Below are positions 40,046 to 53,200 of a stretch of DNA of 64,000 nt, in pieces. Position 1 is the stretch's first letter, and each line of letters begins with the position of its first letter. Under the pieces are notes generated by a model. It was not told where the DNA came from. It ran no database searches and saw only the letters and a program-made list of their open reading frames with translations. The DNA lies in the NCBI RefSeq assembly GCF_006345805.1, contig NC_043004.1:54250001-54314000 (forward strand). Reading direction: 5' to 3'. The DNA is from Octopus sinensis (taxonomy: Eukaryota). Made by a program: the position numbers and the translations under genes.

Positions 40046-40059
40046 AATAATAATGGCTA

Positions 40060-42110
40060 ATATAAAGATACATTACAGGACATGACACAAAAATAAACGA
40101 CAACATGGGACGATAGAATGGTTTTTAACACGTATAAACAGTAGAAGACAATGAAAGTTAATCAACAAATCTCTCATTAGTTAGAGGCGCTTTAAGGGTC
40201 CTCGTGGAAAAACTCACAAAGTAACGGGCGCCTGATCAACAGAGCAAGAGCCCTTCTTTTATTTCTTCACAGTTGTATACTCAGAATAGGTCATTTCACA
40301 CTGGTCATTCTTCTAACATTCACACTACTCTCTCCACCCTCATCTACTTTTTCAAGTGAAACTTGAAAAAGTTGATGAGGGTTTGGTCAAAGGGGAAGGT
40401 GTCACACTTTAGCCGTTTCAAACAAATCTACTTTTGTTGCATCCACTTCCGTGCTTGTAAAATTTATCCCGAACGGGCAGCGTCCTTCTGTGCAGCTCCA
40501 GGTAAGGGATTTCTGGAAGTTGTCCATAGGCCCAGGCCGGAATGTTCTCTGAAACAGACTGATTAGTTGATCTTCGTCGACACCTAGTGTTTCTCCGAGA
40601 ACGTCGTCGCACTTCTCCCCCACTTGCCCTCTATAGAACACTCGGGTAGAACTACCGCCGACTGCCTTGCCTGCCTGGAAGAAGGCTCTGCGCGCTTGAT
40701 GGCACTGGAGGTGCCAAGCGCTCCTCCTCGGTCTACGCCTAATCCAGGACTGCAGCTCAGTCAAAGCGACAATCCTTGGAAAAGTGAGTTTGACAAACGG
40801 TGACCCCACCTGTTCACTGTCAAAGAAACGCTGGGGATGCCGTTGCCTGGGCGCATGTCTGCACATCAGCTACTACGGTATGCTCAGCCCTCCATTCAGC
40901 GCTTGTTGACAGGAAATGGAGCACCTGACCAGTGGAACTCGCCCTTCCACAGAAAGTGGAAGAGTAAGCGCACCAGCTTGGTCAAACGGGGCAATTGACG
41001 ACGGTCAAGCGGCAATAGATGACAGATGCGATGTACGCTTGACCTTTCGGGAACAGCGTCCTCTCGGTACAATTCTGGGTGAGATTGGCTAACCTACTCG
41101 TCAGGCTGTTCCAGTTTTTCTCCACCTGGAGGTCTGGACCGAATCAGATCCCAAGCAAATTAACCAGACCCTATTTCCAGTGCCCCACGACGCTGCTGGA
41201 CGGCATGGACTTGCCTTTCCAGGTGCCGATCTGCAAGCCCACTGAATTTTCCGCGTTAATTTTTGCTCTTTGTAGTGTGTGGCCAATCAGGTCTCTATGC
41301 CTAACTCAACTCTATAGCGGTGACATCGTCAGCGTAAGCAGACACACTTCTCTCACATCCTAGATCAGGCGGGACACACCTCAAAGCCTCCAGCTTCTGC
41401 AGTAGTGGTTCAAGAGTTAGAGGGAGGAGAGAGGACACCCTTGCCGGACTGAGTGCAAGATGTTGAATCGTACTGACAGGTGACCATTCACTCGAACAAC
41501 TTAACAGATGCTGCTGTACAAAGCAGCGATCAAACCGCGGAAAATCGGACCGAAACCGGTTAGCTCGAGAACACCGGCCAAGTATCACCGGTCAACCCTA
41601 TCGAAGGCGTAAGATTGATCCAAACTGATCAGACCCCCACTCATGCCAGCTTTGTTACCCACCCTCTCTATGATGTAACGCATGAGGTGGAGCTATCGCG
41701 AATAGTCCTGGTTAGGATGGGGCATGTTTACGCCACGCCAATCAGATTGTCCACAACGAGCGCCAACCTCTTGGCTAAGACCTTAGCCAAAATCTTCAAC
41801 TATGCATTGAGCAGAGTGATGGGCCTGAAGTTTTCTATTAAGTCCTCCTTGTTTGGGTCCTTTCTTAGCAGTGCCACAAAAGTGGGAATTCTCCCATTCT
41901 GCTGCCAGTTGCAGTAGACGTCAGCAAAGAAGCCCGCAAGCATGGAAATATAAATCACCTAGGGCTGATCATCCAAATCCGGCCATCTGCCTATCTTGCA
42001 GTTCTTCATCTCTTTCTGTATTCTCCGGCTGATATCGGCCTTTTGCAGCACTCCGCCTTGCTCGCCGAATGTCGTGGCATGCTGTCCAGTACACACCGCA
42101 GTCTACTGTT
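40060..42110 (-). pseudogene. Degenerate Tx1-clade ORF2 fragment
   Basis: SVSAYADDVTAI, MDNFQKSLTW and LPVRDKFYKHG remnants with many frameshifts; homologous to 50219-53674. Confidence 0.85.
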
Positions 42111-42279
42111 ATCCGTCCTACCATTCGTCCGAAAGAAAAAAAACAGGATATAGTATACTGATAGTGCAGATGGAGTTAACAAAAATGGACTTGAGAGTGA
42201 TCATGAATTCCGATCAAGAACAGCCAACGAGAGAGAAGAAACCCTCCTCTCTATGGAATTACATGGCCAGTTCCAGCGT

Positions 42280-43093
42280 GAAACCAACAAATTAAAAGAC
42301 CAGGAAACATGATGGAGGTAGCTCAACAAGAATGACCTAAAAACGAATACTGAAAGCCTAATCATCGCAGCCCCGGGAAAGACATTGAATACTAAATTAG
42401 TTAAAAAGAATATATACCACATACGCACAAGAGACCCCTGAAGAATATGTGGAAAGTGTGTCGAAAGCGTGACTCAGATTGTTAGTGCTTGTGAAAGTTT
42501 TGAGCAGAAAGACTACACGCGTAGACACGACAAGGTATCCCCAAACCTCCACTGGCTACGCCGTAAGTATCGATATGAGGTTACGGTTGTTTGGTACCAA
42601 TATACATCGAAAAAGGTGATGGACGAAAAGGGGAAAGACAAATATCCTCGGCGACTTTTACTTTCAAACAGACAAGGTGTTAGAGCACCGAAGGCCGGAT
42701 ACAGTAACCTTTAGAATGGACAAGCAAGAGCACCTAATAATTGACGTGGCAGTGCTAGGAGATCAATATATCATCATGAAACAAAGAGAAACGTTTGATA
42801 AATATTGAGACATGAGAACTGAGATCACTAAGAAGTAGAAGCTTCGAGAGTCAAACTGGTTGTCACTGTTGTCATCGGAGCATTGGGTTCAATACCACCC
42901 ATTCTGAAAAAGACATGTGAAATGCTTAGAACTAGCCTACAATCTAGATGCATTGCAAAAGTCGGCATTGTTTGAAACTGCACGCATATTGCGTAAATTA
43001 CTGTCTGTCTGAGGTCCTTGATGTGACAAACAGTAGAAACCCCCAATAGACACAATATCTTCAATCAACAACCAACTGTGCGACGCCTATGAT
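42280..43093 (+). pseudogene. Degenerate R4/Dong-type LINE 3' fragment
   Basis: TESLIIAA, VSACESFEQKDYTRRHDKV, LIIDVAV and VTVVIGALGSIP remnants; ends in (GAT)/(AAT)n. Confidence 0.8.
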
Positions 43094-43132
43094 AATAATG
43101 ATGTTGATGATGATGATGATGATGATGATGAT

Positions 43133-43184
<52 letters not shown>

Positions 43185-43185
43185 T

Positions 43186-43739
43186 GCCCTGATGCAGTAC
43201 CAGGCAGTGGCTCTCATGGCTTCTGATCTTAACTGATTGGAAGTGTTATCATGTACATTTTTCTGTCTTGGTATAAAAGATGGGCTACAGCAAATATTCT
43301 GCTCAATACCACAGATTTGCTTGTCAGTTGTTTGACCTTAACCAGTTGAGCATGCCCCTTAGTGGCTGACGATATGTGCATCTCTGATCACGAGCAGAAG
43401 TAGTGGGGGAGCATCATAGCCATGTGTTGAGAAGGATTCTTTGGGGTTTGAATAATTCACCTCTGGAAACATAGGTGTTTCGTTCAACGTCCTTAAACAA
43501 CCCTTATTCAGGGACCTTTTGAGCGGGATGGGTTACTTGATCTGAAGAAAATTCTAACTGGGCCCCACCTGCAAGGTCATGTGCTGTTTATCTTGATATG
43601 AGATCACTATGTGGCGCACATATGGTTGTGATGCATGTGCCTGGTGTACCCTTACCAGACGGGTAGTCATGATGGGTATATTGGGCTTCGTATATTTTAC
43701 CCCAGTGTCACTTTGATGGCATGAACTGCTCTCTCACTC
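43186..43739 (+). mobile_element. 554-bp non-coding element, copy 3
   Basis: (AAT)n on both sides; ATTGG at 43236 and TATAAAA at 43272. Confidence 0.85.
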
Positions 43740-43796
<57 letters not shown>

Positions 43797-43799
<3 letters not shown>

Positions 43800-44095
43800 G
43801 ACCTAGAAATAGAGGTAACCAGAATGTGGAATCTAAAAACAGAAACAATTCCTATCATAGTAGGTACATTAGGCATGATAAAAAAATATTCAGACAAATA
43901 CATAACAAAAACACCAGGACTTACAAACACATATAACATACAGAAAATTGCACTACTAGGCACTGCACACATCCTACGCAGAACACTTTCCATACAATAA
44001 CCATCAGATCATCAACAACAAATCACAGCACATACCCAAGGCACACAGAGCTGCGCTCGGTAGTGAAGTGAAAGCACGCTATAAAAATAAAACTA

Positions 44096-44100
<5 letters not shown>
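43797..44100 (+). mobile_element. 300-bp 3' fragment of the Dong family seen at 15551-16920
   Basis: KDLEIEVTRMWNLKTETIPIIVGTLG...ALLGTAHILRRTLSIQ* plus the same 3' UTR; (AAT)n on both sides. Confidence 0.9.
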
Positions 44101-44168
<68 letters not shown>

Positions 44169-44186
44169 GTAATAATAATAATAAAT

Positions 44187-44719
44187 GCCCTGATGCAATA
44201 CCAGACAGTGGCTCTATTGGCTTCTGATTGGAAGTGATTTCATGTACATTGTTTTGTCTTGGTATAAAAGATGGGCTACGGATAACCACAGATTTAATTG
44301 TCAGTTGTTTGACCATAACCCTGACGCTAAATGTTTCTTTGTGGATGACGATATGTGCATCTCTGATCACGCGCAGAAGTGGTAGATGAGCATCATAGCC
44401 ATGTGTTGAGAGGAATTCTTTGGAGTTTGAATAATTCACCTCCGGAAACATGGATGCTTCGTTCAACATCCTTAAGTAACCCTTATTCAGTGACCTTTCG
44501 AGCGGGATGGGCCACTCGACCTGAAGAAAATTCTAACTGGGCCCCACCTGCACGGTCATGCGCTGTTTACCTTGATATGAGATCACCATGTTGCGCACAT
44601 ACGGTTATAATGCATGTGTTTGGTGTACCCTTATCAAGCGGGTAGCCATGATGGGTATACTGGGCTTCCTATATTTATAGCCCAGTGTCACTTTGATGAC
44701 TTGCACTGGTCTCTCACTC
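44187..44719 (+). mobile_element. 554-bp element, older diverged copy 4
   Basis: Same termini, more substitutions and small deletions. Confidence 0.8.
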
Positions 44720-44902
44720 AATAATTACAACAATAATAATACAGAAAATTTGTCTCTTAGAGATAGCAAGGATTATCAGGATGGTTTTAAGCTCTTGAAA
44801 GACTACAGAAAATTAGTGGATAACTGAAATTACATGGAGTAACCCGCTATCCTCATAATTCCTACCAGGAATAACACCGAACGTGTGCCAAACCAAAATA
44901 AA

Positions 44903-44945
<43 letters not shown>

Positions 44946-45303
44946 TAATAATAATAATAATAATAATATAATAATAATAATACGAAGAAGAAAGAAGGAG
45001 AAGAAGAAGAAGAAGAAGAAGAAGAAGGAGGAGGAGGAGGAGGAGGAGGAGGAGAAGGAGGAGAAGAATATTGATGATAATGTCGAAGATAAAATAGATG
45101 AACATGAGGATAACAGAGAAAATGGCTGTAATGATGGTGATGATTAAAAGGAGGATGCTGATGATGATGATGATGAGGGAGAGGAGAAGGCGAAGGAAAA
45201 AGTTACAGGAGGTTATTTTTATTATGATTCCGGAAATTAGCATGGTGATAATGTTGATAGGGTAGAGGAGACGCATTATCATCATCACTATCATCATCAC
45301 AAT

Positions 45304-45336
<33 letters not shown>

Positions 45337-45414
45337 CAATTTTGTTGATGGGATCTAAAAGAACATTTATATATACAGCCACATACACACACATACATAA
45401 ATACATACACATAC

Positions 45415-45450
<36 letters not shown>

Positions 45451-47857
45451 ACTAACTTATTATAGAAATAATTAAACTACTGATTTTTAATTAAATCATT
45501 CCAAGAGGCCATCCGCATGAATATCGCTAGATAAGGATGGTGTCAGAACATTTAATATATGGGCCATTAAAACGCTAAAGTAGAATAACACGTCTGGTTA
45601 AAAAAGAATATGTATTTTTGCCAATATGGCAGACAACTTCGTGTGTATTTCTGATATGAATGTTATCAGCGTAAGTACAGTTCTCCTTTAACTTGTGTTG
45701 AAACGGTCCATATATTAAATATGCTGATATTGATATAGCTAATAATATTTAAATGTGTTATTAATATCAGACCGGTGTAGAAAAAAAAAAACATGATATA
45801 TATTTTTACTAGTACTCGGCTTGATTTTAACTTTTCATTCAAAGAGTAATGATTTTCGTCTCTAAACTGGGAAGCTGAATTTTGATTGCTGCATGGTCAC
45901 TCTTTTGAACTCATTTTTCGCCTTGCTAAAAATAATAAATTATTCTCCATCGAATCATATGCTACCGTCTTAAAGCTTCGGAAATTTCACCCCCATCCCC
46001 AAGTTAGTATGGAGAGATAACGAACGACAAATTCATCTAAAAAACACGTTAGAGTTTTTGCATGTATGTGTGAAACGAGGTAAAAGTATAACATCAAGGC
46101 ATTCTTTTGCCAATATTCAAACACAAATATCTTTTTTCTACCTCTCGTAATTATATATATCATCATCATTCAAAGTTTGGGTAAAACTCGTCACCCATTC
46201 ACTCACTCTCTCTCTCTTTCTCTTTCTCTTTCTCTATATTTGTCTCACTCCCTCCCTCTCTTCCTCTCTCTCACCCTTCACTCCCACTCTCTCTATTTCT
46301 CTCTCTCACTCCTCCCTTCCTCTCTCTCTCTCTCTTTACTTCTTCACACAAAACTCATTTCGGCGCCATAAATTGGAAATTTATCTTGCAATCTGGGATT
46401 ATTATATCCAGTGATTTTCAGAGGTAGGAAAAAGATATTTGTGTTTAAATATTGGCAAAAAAATGCCTTTTTGTTTCACACATACATGCAAAAATTCTAA
46501 CGTGCTTTTAAGATGAATTTATCGTTCGTTATCTCTCCACACTCTGCATTTTCACTTATTCATTTCAAACTTCTTTGAATTTTCAATGTAGTGTAATCCA
46601 CACTCTCTCGAAAACGTGTTTCTGCAAAATGTTATCTAAAATTATGGATAAAGACAAAAGTAACAAAAAATATTTGAAAATGGGGGTGAAATTTCCGAGG
46701 CTTCCACCCCACCTCGTTTTCCGGACTTAGGAAAGGATTTTGTAGGATATTAGGTCACCGGAATTCATTCCACGAAAAAAAAAACTTCCAAAGTTTCCTG
46801 GATATGAGGGAATCCAATTTCTCACTTCCCCTTTTTTCCGAAAAAAAAAGGGTGGTTGCATAATATTATGAGGTCAGTGTACTTGATTCCACGCAAAAAA
46901 TCCGAGTTTTTTTCTTTCTTAGTGAAAATCGTGCGTGTGAAAATATCAATGAGGGTGGGGGTGAAATTTCCGAGGCTTCCATCTCACTCCATTCCCTTTT
47001 CCGGACTCCAAAAGGGATTTTGTAGCATATTAGAAGGTCACCGGAATTCGTTCAACGAAATATAAAAAAATCCATCCAATGATTCCAGGATATGGTGGGG
47101 GGGGGGGTTCCCCCCATCCGCCCGCCCCTTTTTTCGGAACAAAAATAAGGGATTTGCAGCATATTAGGAAGTCAGGATACTTGATTCCACGCAAAAGAAA
47201 AACGAGTTTTGGGTTTTTTTTTCTTATCGACCCCGAAAGGATAAAAGGTAAAGTCGACATCGGCGGAATTTGATTTCAGAATGTAAAGACGGATGAAATG
47301 CCTCTAACCGTTTTTCCGGCGTACTAAATATTTTAAAAGCTCGCCGCCTTAACACTAAATTACATACTGAAAAACATTAAAAGACATCAACTGAAACATA
47401 ACAATATATCAGTAAAAGTATTTGAAAAACACGTACAAATATAAAGACACGAAAATGCAGATATTTGCAGTTTGATAGACAATATAGATTCATGGACAAC
47501 ATACACTAATGTTAGAAAGAGCCAGTACAAATATTTCTTACACATTATCTTTTTGCTGGTTTAGTGTTGAAAAAATAATGTGTCAGGGTCATTGGTGGAA
47601 CTTCGAGATCGAGAAAATCAAACTGGAAGCAGAGGTTGGTGATAATCCCAAGAGAGGGTCAGGATAAGATGACTGAAGAGAGCTAATGAAAAGTCCAACA
47701 AACAATCTAGTTTCAATTAGGCTAACAGACATAAATATGAAGCCTTTATGTCAAAAGATATCGCTATAGAATAAGCCGTCGTAGAATTTCTTATACTAAA
47801 GTATGTTTCAAACTTTATATGCATTTTGTTCCATCTACTTTTCTGAGTACCATTTAC

Positions 47858-47903
<46 letters not shown>

Positions 47904-47904
<1 letters not shown>

Positions 47905-48458
47905 TAAATAAATGGTACAACGAAGTACCGATATTTACTGGAAATAGCGAACGTAAAAAATACGACGCTAATGTATAGCTTCACTGCGTATGTACTAGTA
48001 AAGATGCGTGTGTGCAACAAACATGAAAAAAGTTGTCTTACCTCTAGGAAGAACATCTGAAAAATGAAAAACCTAGATAACGGATAATGCAGTACCGGTT
48101 TCGGATTTTTCAAAATACGAATGCCAATCGTATAATTGATTTATCCTCATCAGCTGCATAAACCTCAACAATATTTCAAATGTTGCCACATCTATACCAG
48201 TACACTCGTCTGAACGCCAAAACGTTAACAGAGCGAGAACAGTGAAGAAGTTTCAATGAAAATAGTAATGCAATACGAGAGTATTGCGTTCCAGTAAAGA
48301 ATAGCCCGTGAGGGTAAAATTATGCATAAAAGTAAATAAATGGTACAACGAAGTACCGATATTTACTGGAAATAGCGAACGTAAAAAATACGACGCTAAT
48401 GTATAGCTTCACTGCGTATGTACTAGTAAAGATGCGTGTGTGCAACAAACATGAAAAA
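47904..48458 (-). repeat. 428-bp non-coding unit, ~1.3 tandem copies
   Basis: 47904-48030 is repeated at 48332-48458. Confidence 0.9.
48087..48159 (-). ncRNA. Canonical type I hammerhead ribozyme
   Basis: ATGCAG-CTGATGA-GGAT...(TCAA/TTGA, TACGA/TCGTA)...ATCC-GAA-ACCGGT-A-CTGCAT; predicted cut after GUA at 48093. Confidence 0.88.
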
Positions 48459-48914
48459 AAATTTCTGACCTCTCTCTCTATATATATTACTTGATACAAT
48501 CATATACATATGCATATGAGTATACGATTGTATTAATTCTATACACATCTTTTAGTATTCTGTAATACTAGCACAGCTAATGTTAAGTTAAAAAGAATGG
48601 GTTAGATCCCGAAAGGCTCCTGAAGAGTGCAGTGATGGAGTGATAGCGGAACTGGAACAGAAACTAAAAGGAAATTAGGACTCAGAGGCAGCGAGTGCTG
48701 TTGCTCAGTGTGCGGTTAGTAGCACATCTTTCATATTTTCATTTTCAACTATCATGCATGTTATCATAATTTTAATTTGTTTTTCATGTTCATTTTCATG
48801 TGTCATTCATAATATCATATCGAATTTTTTCAATTGTTATGTGTCTCCACATGTGTTGTAGTGCCCCCTCTATGTAATACATTTATGACAAAATATTGAA
48901 ATAAAGAATTTTGC

Positions 48915-49740
48915 TTCTCAACCACATGGTTCCATTGCCTGGCACATTGGGCAAGTGTTTTCTAATATAGCCTGGTGCCGACCAAAGCCTTGTGAGTGGA
49001 TTTGCTAGACAGAAACTGAAAGAGGCCCAGAAGCCCGTGATACATACATACATTACATACATATATGAATGCATACATACATACATACACACATAGATAC
49101 ATACATGCATACATACATACATACATACATACATACATACATACATACATACATACATACATACATACATACATACATACAAAGAAAAAGAAGATATCTA
49201 TGGACAACTGCTTCGAAACCTCCAGCTTCTATATCCAGACTATGAATTCATATTCATACCAATAATAATTGAAGCACTAGGTTTTCTTAGTAAATGCTTA
49301 AAGGGGAAGCTGGATAAACTGGGAATTTTATGAAAGAGAAATCGACCTGCTGATTTGTAAATTGCAAGTGCATTCTGTGAGTGGAATAGTAAAAATATGC
49401 AAAACTTTGCTCAAGTTCCAAATGTGAATTTGTCTGCGTTAACTACATCCCAAAGATAAAGCCTTGTATCTTTGTTGGAAACCGACTCCCTTATCAACGG
49501 AAGATTTATAATAAAAAATAAATAGAAGTGACGTACATACATACATACATGTGTGTGCCTGCGTATCTTTGTGTCTAAGTCTTTCTCCCACCACCACTTG
49601 ACAACCGGTATTGGTGTGTTTGCGTCCCCGTAAAATAGCAGTTAGGCAAAAGCGAATGATTGACTTAATACTAAACATTCGACTAAGAAATTTTTCAATG
49701 CACCAGCATGGCCGCAATCTGCTGACTGAAACAAACAGAA
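48915..49740 (+). mobile_element. Diverged SINE family C interrupted in its internal (CATA)n tract
   Basis: 5' body 48915-49040 and 3' body ~49560-49740. Confidence 0.7.
49181..49528 (+). mobile_element. 5'-truncated RLE-type LINE fragment flanked by (CATA)n
   Basis: KEKEDIYGQLLRNLQLLYPDYEFIFIPIIIEALG...KICKTLLKFQM*; 3' end GAAGATTTATAATAA...AAATAGAAG shared with the copy ending at 21631. Confidence 0.8.
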
Positions 49741-50218
49741 CTTAGTAGATAACAGAAAACACACTCACACACACACACTCACACACACACACATACAGAG
49801 AGAGATATAGATAGGGTGATAGATAGATATATAGGGTGATAGATAGATAGATAGATAGATAGGGTGATAGATAGATAGATAGGGTGATAGATAGATAGAT
49901 AGATAGATAGATAACTTTCTTTTATTAGCCACACAGGGCTGAATACAGAGGGGACAAATACAAATGCAGAGCTTTTCTTTTCGAGGGTGGAAAAAAATAA
50001 AAAATGTAAGATTGCGATCAAAAGGGATCGAGGGGAGGAAAAAAAAGGAAAAAAAAAAGAAAATCGTGTATCACAGAAATAATGGTGTAAACATTGATAT
50101 AACAAGATTGGGTTCATCCGTGGGAAGAAAAGCCTACAGAAAAGACCACGGGAACCCCAGTCAGGGAGGAAATAAACACATGAGGTCAAAAATGCTCTCT
50201 TTCTTTCTTTTTTACGAT

Positions 50219-53200
50219 CTACAGGATCATGCTCAAAATGGTTTCGTTACTAGCACGCACCATCTTTGCAACATTCACCAATCTTCTTTTGAATCTTTCG
50301 CGAGACAAAACTTCCCTCTCCATTCTCACCTTCCTTTTCAAGTGGTACTTGAAAAAGTTGATGAGCGATTGGCCAGAGAGGTAAGTGTTTGTCTCTAATC
50401 CTTTCGCTCGAGTCCACCACACACATTCTTTCACCATGGCCACCAGTACGATGAAAACTGCCTTGCCTTCCCGGTTGAGGGAAGGGGGCGGAGCAATTCT
50501 CACGATAGACTCGGCCGATAGGCGGATTCGTCCCACACGTGACAGCAGCCGTTCGGCATAAGCCCACAGGTCGGAAATGGTTGGACATTGCACGAGTGCG
50601 TGCAGAACGGTTTCGTCGCTCTGACCGCATCTCGGGCAAGTCGGTCCAGTGTGTCTGGAACCGTGTCTGTAGAGCTTATCCCGAACAGGTAATGCTTCTC
50701 GATAGCACTGCCAGGCCAGGGATCTTTGGTGATTGTTCATAGGTCCCGGCCCGAAAGTTGTCCTGAACAGGCGGGTCAGGTGTTCCTCGTCGACGCCCAG
50801 ACTCTGCCCGAGTTCGTCGTCGCACCTCCCCTCCACTAATCCTCTATAGAATGCCTTTGTTGTGATGGAGTCGCACAAGTTCGATCCCGGACGGCAGAGT
50901 TGCTTGAGAGCAACGCGACACTCGCGGTGCCATTCGCCTAGCCTCGGTCTCTGCTTGATCCATGACTGTAGTTCGTCCAAGGAGACGAGCTGCGGGAAAG
51001 CGCGCCGCACAAAAGGCGACCACCCCTGTTCACCGTTGTCTATGAAGCGCCGGAGATGTCGCAGTCTCAGCGCATGTCTGCGCATCATCAACCACGGCAT
51101 GCCAAGCCCTCCATTTAGCGGGTGTTGGCAGCAAATGGATCGCCTAACCATCGGAACGTTTCCCTTCCACAAGAAGCGGAAGAGTATGCGTTCCAGTTTG
51201 GTGATGGTAGGGTCGGGACAAGGCACGACGGTCAGACGATACTCGATGACGGATGCGATGTACGCGTTCGCCACCTCCGCCCGACCTTTTAGGGATAGCT
51301 TTCTCTCAGTCCATTTCTGGGTGAGAGTAGCCACCCTAGTCGTTATCTCGCCCCAGTTCTTCTCCATTTGGAGGTCCGGACCGAACCAGACCCCGAGCAA
51401 TTTAACCGGTCCGTCCGTCCAGCGTCCCACGATGGAGACGCTGTTGGACGGCATGGGCTTGCTTCTCCAGGTGCCGAGCCGCAAGCCCACTGACTTTTCC
51501 CGGTTAATTTTTGCTCCCGTTACCGCTTCGTATTCTTTCAGTGTCTCGCCGACCAGCTCGATGTGCTCGTAGCTCGACACTATGACGGTGACGTCATCCG
51601 CGTATGCAGACACGCTCCTCCCGCATCCCAGCTCTCGTGGGATGCCCCTCAGCGTCGCCAGTTTCCGCAGTAGTGGCTCAAGAGTCAGTACATACAGCAG
51701 CGATGAGAGGGGGCATCCCTGACGAACCGAACGCATGATGTTAAAAGGTCTGGATAGATGACCATTTACGCGAACTACTGAGCGGATGCCGCTGTATAAG
51801 GCAGCGATCCAACCGCGGAAAACTGGACCGAAACCAGCCGCTTTGAGGACAGCCTCCAAGTAGTGATGGTCTACCCTATCGAAGGCTTTTGATTGATCCA
51901 AATTGATCAGCGCCCCACCCATGCCAGGATTTTTAACTACCCTGTCTATGATGTAGCGCATCAGATGGAGGTTGTCATGAATACTTCTACCCGGCACGGC
52001 GCATGTTTGCGCCTTGTCGATTAGTTTCTTGATGACAAGCGCCAACCTCTCGGCTAACACCTTGGCCAAAATTTTCAAATCTGCGTTGAGCAGAGTGATG
52101 GGCCTGAAATTATCTATGACGTCCCCCTTGTTTGGGTCTTTCTTGATCAGTGCCACTGCTCCTCGCTTTACAAAAGCAGGAATACTCCCGTTCTGCTGCC
52201 AGTTGCAGTAGACAGCTGCCAAGACGCCTCCAAACAAGTCTGGCATATGAAAATAAAATTCGTAGGGCAGACCATCCAAGCCTGGTGACTTGTCTCTCGC
52301 GCAGCCTACCATCGCATCCTGTACGTCCGCAGCTGTGATAGGCTTTTCACAAGACTCCACCTCCCTTGCTGAGAGTCGTGGCAAGGCATGCAGGTAGGCA
52401 CTAAAATCCACTCTGCCTTCTGACTCACCACTTGTCCCAAACAGTTGGGTGAAGTGTTGTTGAAAAACCCCACACATCCTTTTAGGCTCGAGCAATTCGC
52501 GCCCCTGTTCATCTATAAGAGACTTGATGGTGGCTCTGTTGCCTCGTTGCGTCTCCACCACTCGGGCCTCTTGGGCGGCTCCAACTCCTTCGTTCCTCAG
52601 AGCACGCATCCTAGCTCTGACAACGCATCCCTCGTGTTTGGCGTTGAGGTGTTGGTCGAGGGCCAATCTCGCCGCCAGTACGTTGGACGCGATGCCAGTT
52701 CTAAGTGCCTCTTCTAAAACCTTAACTAAATCTCCCTCTATTCTATTTCGGTCTAATGCTAGGGCTCTACTGTATCTGACTGATTCTGCTTTAATCGCTT
52801 TTTTTAGGGCATACCACCATCTGTTGTTGATGATGGTACCCGTCAAAGCTCTCTTAATTAATGTGCTGATCCGGTCCCTGTAAACCTGTCGTGCTGTAAA
52901 AGACGCGTTCAGTTTCCAGTAACCAGGACCCTGCCTATGTGTCTTATCTAAGTCAAGTGTACAAGTCACAAACTTGTGATCTGTGTAACTGACTATATGT
53001 AATTGTGGACAACCTACACTATTTTTATCTATTGTCCTACAGAATACTCTATCTAAGTATGATCTGGACGACCCGATGCGGTTACTCCATGTCCACATTG
53101 GCACATTCAGGTGGTCCAGTCGGTACCTGTCAGACAGTTGGAAACGTCTGAGCAGGTCTTTGAGGCATTTGCATCCCCTTCTATTGCTATCTCTGCCCAC

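Noticed and set aside
48267-48290. 10-bp hairpin with a GAGA tetraloop
   Set aside because: The GNRA loop is on the strand opposite the hammerhead, so it has no support as functional RNA.
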